From the IMG/VR virus record IMGVR_UViG_3300036893_000049, positions 21,260 to 85,259 of that record: DNA of 64,000 nucleotides; one strand, 5' to 3'. The stretch comes from a virus. Below the pieces are notes generated by a model. It was given only the letters and a program-made list of their open reading frames with translations, did no database searches and was not told the DNA's origin. This document shows, in pieces, positions 58,772 to 64,000 of the stretch (positions within the stretch are counted from its first letter, which is position 1; each line of letters starts with the position of its first letter). Made by a program: the position numbers and the translations under genes.

Positions 58772-59714
58772 CGGTTTTCTCCACCTCGACAACCTGCCCG
58801 CCACATCCGATCCGATAGTTCCGCGCCAGACGGGTGAAGTCGCGCGCCGTCGCGTAGGCGTCCGGTGAACCTGCCTTGCTCAATGCGCTGACATAACGCC
58901 AGGCGTCCGCGATCTCCTTCGCGGTTGGGCGGACGGTTGGGGCGGGAAGGGTGGTCATGGCTTCCCCCGATATTCGCTTGAGAAATCGCCATTGGGTCCG
59001 CAACAGCCGTGCATCACGCCCATCGCGACCGCCAGAGCGGTGTTGCGCTTGCTTTCATCGCTGGCGGCTCTCCCTATCCCGATGACAGTTTCAACGGCAA
59101 CGCCAAGCGCCAGGCCCATCCGAACATCATCAGCACCTTTTTGTCCGGATTTCATGGCAATCCAATCCCAAACAATGCACAAATCTCATTCGCTATTTGC
59201 AATTCCTGGCGCCTGTTTTCCAATGGCGTTTTTGGTGGCCCTTGCGCGGATTCATGCTCCATAACGGCAAGGTTTTCATAAAGAACCGCGCGCACTCGCG
59301 CCAACGGACTGTCGGCACGGCATGCGGCAAGGATTTCTTCATCAGTCATCGTTTTGATGATTCTGCTACGTTGGATCACCGGCTGCCTCCTTCTCCGCCC
59401 GCCACATCTCCATCCGCGCGATCTTCTTCAACGCGATAGCCAGTTCCTCCAACCGCGCGGCGGCGAGCGAACCGGGCACACAGGCGCGGGATATGGCCAG
59501 CAGGCGGTCGATGCGGGTCTGGGTGGGGTTCATGGTTTTACCTCAATCGTAACGCCAGGGCTGTCGACATCGACGGAAACGGCAATTAACCTGGCGGACT
59601 TGTGCCCGTGGCGCCGTAAGTCTCCCTTCATGTCTTCCAGGACATCGATGATCTCCGTCTCAGCAAGGCCAGTGATCTGTTCGATCGTTAAGAAGTTTGG
59701 GTTGGCGGTCGGCA

Positions 59715-60050
59715 TTACTCCGTTTCCTTCCATCCAATTATCTCCGCGACGGCGCGCAGAGTCGCCGGGTCCCGGCATCTCAGAATCATGTCTGAGATTC
59801 GGTAAACATTCGCATGCAACCAGCAGTCGGCATCAACTTCAGTGGCGGTTTTTGCATTGGCTTTCAGGGTTTTGTTGGGCCAGCCATCGAGAATCCAGGA
59901 GCGCGATGTCTGGCCGACAACCTTGCATTTCCGCCAATGTTCGCGATAGATCGGGGCACCCGTAGCGCGGCCATCCGAGCCATTTGCGTAGACACGGCGA
60001 TTTGCGTCGAAGACGTAGACAAATTCTGGGGAATCGGCGGTCGGCATCAC
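59715..60050 (-). CDS. hypothetical phage protein
   Basis: VYVFDANRRVY...KVVGQTSRSW; GGAG RBS. Confidence 0.65.
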   Translation of the reverse strand: MMPTADSPEFVYVFDANRRVYANGSDGRATGAPIYREHWRKCKVVGQTSRSWILDGWPNKTLKANAKTATEVDADCWLHANVYRISDMILRCRDPATLRAVAEIIGWKETE

Positions 60051-60289
60051 AATCTCTCCGTCTCGCGGTGCAGCAACCGCACCAGTTCGTTCGTGATCCC
60101 GTTCGGCAATGTCTCCGGCGCGGGATGGATCGTGAAATTATCCGGCTCGGTGCGCTGTTCCGCCTGCGCCTGTTCGAGCGTGTAGCGCCCGGCATCGAGC
60201 GTGGTCTTCGTGTACCCGGACCAGCGCGGGCGGTAGTAGTAGTTGCCTTTTCGGATCAGGTATCCGGCGTATCCTTCACGAGCCATCAC
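60047..60289 (-). CDS. small phage protein
   Basis: YYRPRWSGYT...AGRYTLEQA. Confidence 0.65.
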   Translation of the reverse strand: MMAREGYAGYLIRKGNYYYRPRWSGYTKTTLDAGRYTLEQAQAEQRTEPDNFTIHPAPETLPNGITNELVRLLHRETERL

Positions 60290-60666
60290 TCCCTCCCCTC
60301 CAACATCGCATACCGCATCATAAACTCGTCAATCAGCGACATGACCCCACGCTTGATCCCGCGCTTGATTTCTGGCGTCACATAGGCGGGTGTGGTCACT
60401 AAGGTTCGCGCCAGGATTTGCACGCATACAAGTACCACGGAACGCCTGGTCATCTGGTTCGATCTGATCAGATCGTTGATCGCGGCAACCACTTTGGCGA
60501 CCTCGGCATCGGACGCACCCTCCCTGATAGTATCGGCCCATACCTGGTCTTCGATCCCGGCGATCATCGCTTCGTGCGTATCCTTGATCTTCACGCCATT
60601 GCAACCAAAAAAACGGAGAGATTTGGCGATGGCGGCGTAGATGTGGGCAGGGGGGATGGCCATCAA
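60286..60666 (-). CDS. hypothetical protein, N-terminus paralogous to the upstream gene
   Basis: HIYAAIAKSLRFFG...THEAMIAGIE. Confidence 0.6.
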   Translation of the reverse strand: MMAIPPAHIYAAIAKSLRFFGCNGVKIKDTHEAMIAGIEDQVWADTIREGASDAEVAKVVAAINDLIRSNQMTRRSVVLVCVQILARTLVTTPAYVTPEIKRGIKRGVMSLIDEFMMRYAMLEGRE

Positions 60667-60890
60667 AACACCCTCCCCATCGCTTCCGCCCGGTCAATGC
60701 ATTCCTGCAACTGGCCTTTCGCAAACAGGCCGATGACGCCGTGCGGTATTTCGATCCCGGCGATCATCGCTTCGTGTGTTTCCTTGATCTGGTCCGGACG
60801 CACGTCATTGTAACCAAAATCACGGAGAGATTTGGCGATGGCGGCGTAGATGTGTGCGCGGGTGGTTGGGCGGCGCATCATTTTCTCCAT
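60663..60890 (-). CDS. hypothetical protein
   Basis: HIYAAIAKSLRDFG...THEAMIAGIE. Confidence 0.6.
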   Translation of the reverse strand: MEKMMRRPTTRAHIYAAIAKSLRDFGYNDVRPDQIKETHEAMIAGIEIPHGVIGLFAKGQLQECIDRAEAMGRVF

Positions 60891-61105
60891 ACCCGCAGAC
60901 CGCTCTCGACAGAGCGAATGCGAATTTTGATCTTTGACCTAGAGGCCTCGTAATATATGCTCTCGCGAAGCCTGGTCCGGTTTTTCTCGTCCGCGAGAAC
61001 GAGAAAACTATCGCCCGGCTCCATTTGACTGAAGGGATATTTTTCCGGCTTTTTCTTGCCTTTGATGGGCGAAACAGGGATGCCTTTTTCGATTTCGTAT
61101 GTCAT
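60878..61105 (-). CDS. small basic phage DNA-binding-like protein
   Basis: IEKGIPV...KYPFSQMEPGDSF...GLRVWR. Confidence 0.75.
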   Translation of the reverse strand: MTYEIEKGIPVSPIKGKKKPEKYPFSQMEPGDSFLVLADEKNRTRLRESIYYEASRSKIKIRIRSVESGLRVWRK

Positions 61106-61405
61106 CAGAAACTTTCCTCTTCCTCGGCCGGGATGTTCAGGTTGGCGGCGGGTGGGGCGGGGAGGGGTTGCCAGTGGGTGGCATCGCCGGGCTGGAATAC
61201 ACGCTGCACCTTCGGCGGTTCGCATCCCCGTCCGTTGCAGTCCGGGCACTCGCCGCGGTCCGTTTGCAGATAAGGGTCATCGGGTTGCGGGTCCGAACGC
61301 ATTAAGCGACCGTCAACGCAGGTATAGGTCCGAGTGTCCATCAGTGATGCCATAGCAAAACCGTCGTCTTGTTCGGTGCCGTGCTGATATCCTGCCAATC
61401 CATTG

Positions 61406-61627
61406 TCATCTCCTCCGCGTCACCGGCTTGCGAAGTTCCACGATCACCGCGACCACGATAATGATGGCAATGATCGCGAGCGCCACGGCGAAACCGCCCC
61501 ATAACGGCGCGAGAACCCACCACCAGGACCAATCAATATAGCCGGTCAGTTTTAGGGCGACGAACAGAACACCGAAGTAACCGACAACTCCGATGCCACC
61601 GCAAGATGCGTTATTCTGTGTACTCAT
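61406..61627 (-). CDS. small membrane protein
   Basis: LKLTGYIDWSWWWVLAPLW. Confidence 0.75.
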   Translation of the reverse strand: MSTQNNASCGGIGVVGYFGVLFVALKLTGYIDWSWWWVLAPLWGGFAVALAIIAIIIVVAVIVELRKPVTRRR

Positions 61628-61628
61628 C

Positions 61629-61877
61629 TTATCCTCCGGTGGTCGCGCCACCCGTTGTGTGGTGGGTCGTTCGCGGCACCTCATTCACAAGCCCGGCGAG
61701 CGAGTCGGCATATGCCTTCGCGTCGGAAAGACTGGCGAATGGCAATGAATAAAAAACCGAGCCGCATGTGATGGCGCAATAAGCGGTATCGTGGCCGATT
61801 GCATTATATGGGCTGATCTCCCTCACATTCGCCAGGTCGATCCAGGTTCCGTTGGGTAACTTGTGAAGCGGTTGCAT
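61629..61877 (-). CDS. small phage protein
   Basis: GGAG RBS; LPNGTWIDL. Confidence 0.6.
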   Translation of the reverse strand: MQPLHKLPNGTWIDLANVREISPYNAIGHDTAYCAITCGSVFYSLPFASLSDAKAYADSLAGLVNEVPRTTHHTTGGATTGG

Positions 61878-61918
61878 GTTTCTCTCCTCCGCGCTTCGGC
61901 GCTGGTGTTCGGGTCGGG

Positions 61919-62182
61919 TCAGGCGGCTTTCCGGCGGAGATTCGCCGGATAAATGCGGGCATACAGAATCTCGCGATTGTCCCGATCCCGCCCCGTCACG
62001 ACCGAGATGTGCGGATGTTCGCGCTCCGGAAACGCCAGCGCGCAAAACTGGTGGTTTTCCCCCGGAACAGCGAGCGAACCGCACCAGAGCCAGCCTTCGT
62101 TGGTTCGCGTCGCCGCGATGGCCCACCGTTCGGTAAGGTCGCTTATGCTTCTGAGTTTCACATCGGTTTGTATGCGTGCCAT
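61919..62182 (-). CDS. first gene of the second leftward operon
   Basis: GAAGGA RBS; MARIQTDV. Confidence 0.55.
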   Translation of the reverse strand: MARIQTDVKLRSISDLTERWAIAATRTNEGWLWCGSLAVPGENHQFCALAFPEREHPHISVVTGRDRDNREILYARIYPANLRRKAA

Positions 62183-62416
62183 CGTAACGTTTTCCTTCCG
62201 GCCGCCCCTCGCGAGGCGTCTGGTTCGTTTGGGGTGGGTTACGCCGCCACGTCGAGGAGACGGCGACCCATGGGTCATTCGGTCATCTCGCGCCTCCTGG
62301 GTTCGGGTGGCGACGAGAGGGAGATTGGCACGGGACGGCGGGGAAGGCAATAAGAAAATCGCTTAGTGCGAAAAATAGTTGTTGACCGCGACCAGGACAC
62401 CCTATAGAAAGGGGCC

Positions 62417-62623
62417 ATGAACACACCGATCCATCCCTTGCGCCGATGGCTCTTTGAGCATCAAGAGACGTTGGCAGAGTTCGGCAAACGCGCGGACCTT
62501 GCGCCCAGCTTTCTGTCCGAGATTATGACCGGCAAAAAGCGTCCATCCCTGGACGCCATCGACAAAATCACCGCGGCGACCGCGAAGGCTATCACCGCAA
62601 ATGATTTTCAGGAGTCCGCGTGA
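62417..62623 (+). CDS. Cro/XRE-like helix-turn-helix protein
   Basis: TLAEFGKRADLAPSFLSEIMTGKKRPS; TTGACC...TATAGA upstream. Confidence 0.85.
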   Translation: MNTPIHPLRRWLFEHQETLAEFGKRADLAPSFLSEIMTGKKRPSLDAIDKITAATAKAITANDFQESA

Positions 62624-62961
62624 TGCCCTCCGGTCTCCAGCGTGCGCGGGATGCCGCCAAGGTAACCGAAGTGCCACTGAGCGAACGGCAAGCGAAATGT
62701 CTCGCCACATTATCTGATATGTCGCTGCCCTGGGGCGAATACTGCCTGTCGTTTCGCGTGATCGAGATAGATGCCGGAATGAACCGGATTGACGTAAAGC
62801 GATCAGTTCGCGCGTTGGCTCGGAAAGGGTTTGCCGAATTCCATAATGGCCTGACGACCGAGGACGGCAGTTTTGCCGGAGCAGGCTATTGTATAACGCC
62901 CGCGGGACTGGCGCGAGACGCCATCGCCCGTGAGCCCACGCCAGACCAGGGAGGCGCGTGA
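62620..62961 (+). CDS. winged-helix protein
   Basis: LSERQAKCL...VKRSVRALARKGFAE...YCITPAG. Confidence 0.7.
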   Translation: MMPSGLQRARDAAKVTEVPLSERQAKCLATLSDMSLPWGEYCLSFRVIEIDAGMNRIDVKRSVRALARKGFAEFHNGLTTEDGSFAGAGYCITPAGLARDAIAREPTPDQGGA

Positions 62962-63476
62962 TGATCCTCACCGAACACTGGTGCCCCGCATCACTCGCCG
63001 CGATGTTCCCGGCGGTTCAGGCCAGCGCCCTGTGCAGTGACGCGATACAGCGAGCGGACGAACCAGAGTATATCGGGATCGAGAAATTCCGTCACGGTAT
63101 GTCGGTGATCGCCTGCTTATCCGCGGGTCCACATACCGATCATGATTCTCCGCGTTATACCGCGCTTTGGATCGTTCGATCTCACGGCCACAAGATCGGC
63201 GTGTCGGACACGCGGCCCGGGGATTTGCGGGTTGTAAAGCATCGCCGCCCACGCAATCGCGCGGAATACGATGCTGTCACTGGCGAGATCGCGGTGCTCG
63301 ACACACATTCGCTACATTGGCTTCTCCCCGGAGATGGTGTGTTCGCGGCAGTCGCATCGGTGTGGGATCGGATGCCCGGAGTCGAAGACGTTGAGGCGCG
63401 GTTTGCTGCGTTGGGGATCGCGGCTGATAATCTGAATCTCGTCTTCGAGGCGGTTATGCCGCCAGGGAAGGCGTAA
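62958..63476 (+). CDS. hypothetical protein, possible cupin/2OG-Fe(II)-like
   Basis: PHTD motif and distal LHW. Confidence 0.5.
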   Translation: MMILTEHWCPASLAAMFPAVQASALCSDAIQRADEPEYIGIEKFRHGMSVIACLSAGPHTDHDSPRYTALWIVRSHGHKIGVSDTRPGDLRVVKHRRPRNRAEYDAVTGEIAVLDTHSLHWLLPGDGVFAAVASVWDRMPGVEDVEARFAALGIAADNLNLVFEAVMPPGKA

Positions 63477-63674
63477 CCCCATTGGCTGGTCCTCTCCGTT
63501 CCAGCCGATCCGCGCGAGGCAGCGGGAGTGCCTTACGTTTCCTCCCTTAAACTTCCCGGCGGCTGGTTCGCTGGCCGCCGGGGTTCTTTGGAAGATAGAT
63601 CGTGGAATACGCCGCAGGTCGCGGGGCCACAGACGAACTCTTAACCCCGGCGCCATCAACGAAAGGACCGAACG

Positions 63675-63962
63675 ATGCCCAATCTCCCCGCGGGCCGGAT
63701 CATCGAAATCAAATTCGAGTTTCGGCTTCCCGTTGACGCGACAAACGAAGAAATCGCGGAATGGGTGTCGTTCGCGACGGGCTCCGGCACGATATCGCTC
63801 GCCAATCCGTTATACGGTCGCCTCCTGGAATACTGGGATAAGCGCCCCGTGCTAACCGACACCTTCACGCAAGGGCGTGAGGTTGAGACCAATCGCCGCG
63901 CGTTACCTGGCGGCGTGACGGTTGTCGATGTTCAGTATGTTCGGGAGCGTGCCACGAATTAA
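63675..63962 (+). CDS. hypothetical protein
   Basis: AAAGGA RBS. Confidence 0.6.
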   Translation: MPNLPAGRIIEIKFEFRLPVDATNEEIAEWVSFATGSGTISLANPLYGRLLEYWDKRPVLTDTFTQGREVETNRRALPGGVTVVDVQYVRERATN

Positions 63963-64000
63963 CCCCGGCGTTCGCGCCATAACACAAGGAAACCACGATG

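Overview
The whole window reads as one tailed dsDNA phage or prophage of roughly 60% GC, probably infecting an alphaproteobacterium (host is inference). Layout: leftward small accessory genes (1-3.9 kb); an RHH regulator, a TnpB and a DUF6456-like regulator; a complete myovirus-type morphogenesis operon (6.7-35.4 kb) running from terminases, portal, Mu F-like protein, NUDIX-fused protease/scaffold and capsid through sheath, tube, chaperone with a -1 slippery site, tape measure-transglycosylase, baseplate and fibre-like proteins; an RNA-repair/tRNA block (tRNA-Thr-like gene, RtcB, a tRNA-like element, Pol-beta nucleotidyltransferase); a lysis/accessory block; a complete IS1595-family element; and a second leftward block of small genes facing a Cro-like gene. 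No integrase, CI or replication gene was recognised. Top finding: a stand-alone 197-aa Cas7/RAMP-like gene (42145-42738) is flanked on both sides by strict 5-nt-period arrays of an invariant CAC (GTG on the + strand) alternating with a variable dinucleotide (21 and 15 units). Each array has a 5' hairpin and a shared 3' motif, and the unit sits under a divergent promoter shared with an RHH gene. This looks like a non-CRISPR RNA-guided system whose information is in the variable dinucleotides. Second finding: a TnpB packaged between IS1595-type terminal inverted repeats with an 8-bp target duplication, whose removal restores HNH-holin translational coupling. All assignments were made by eye, without database searches.
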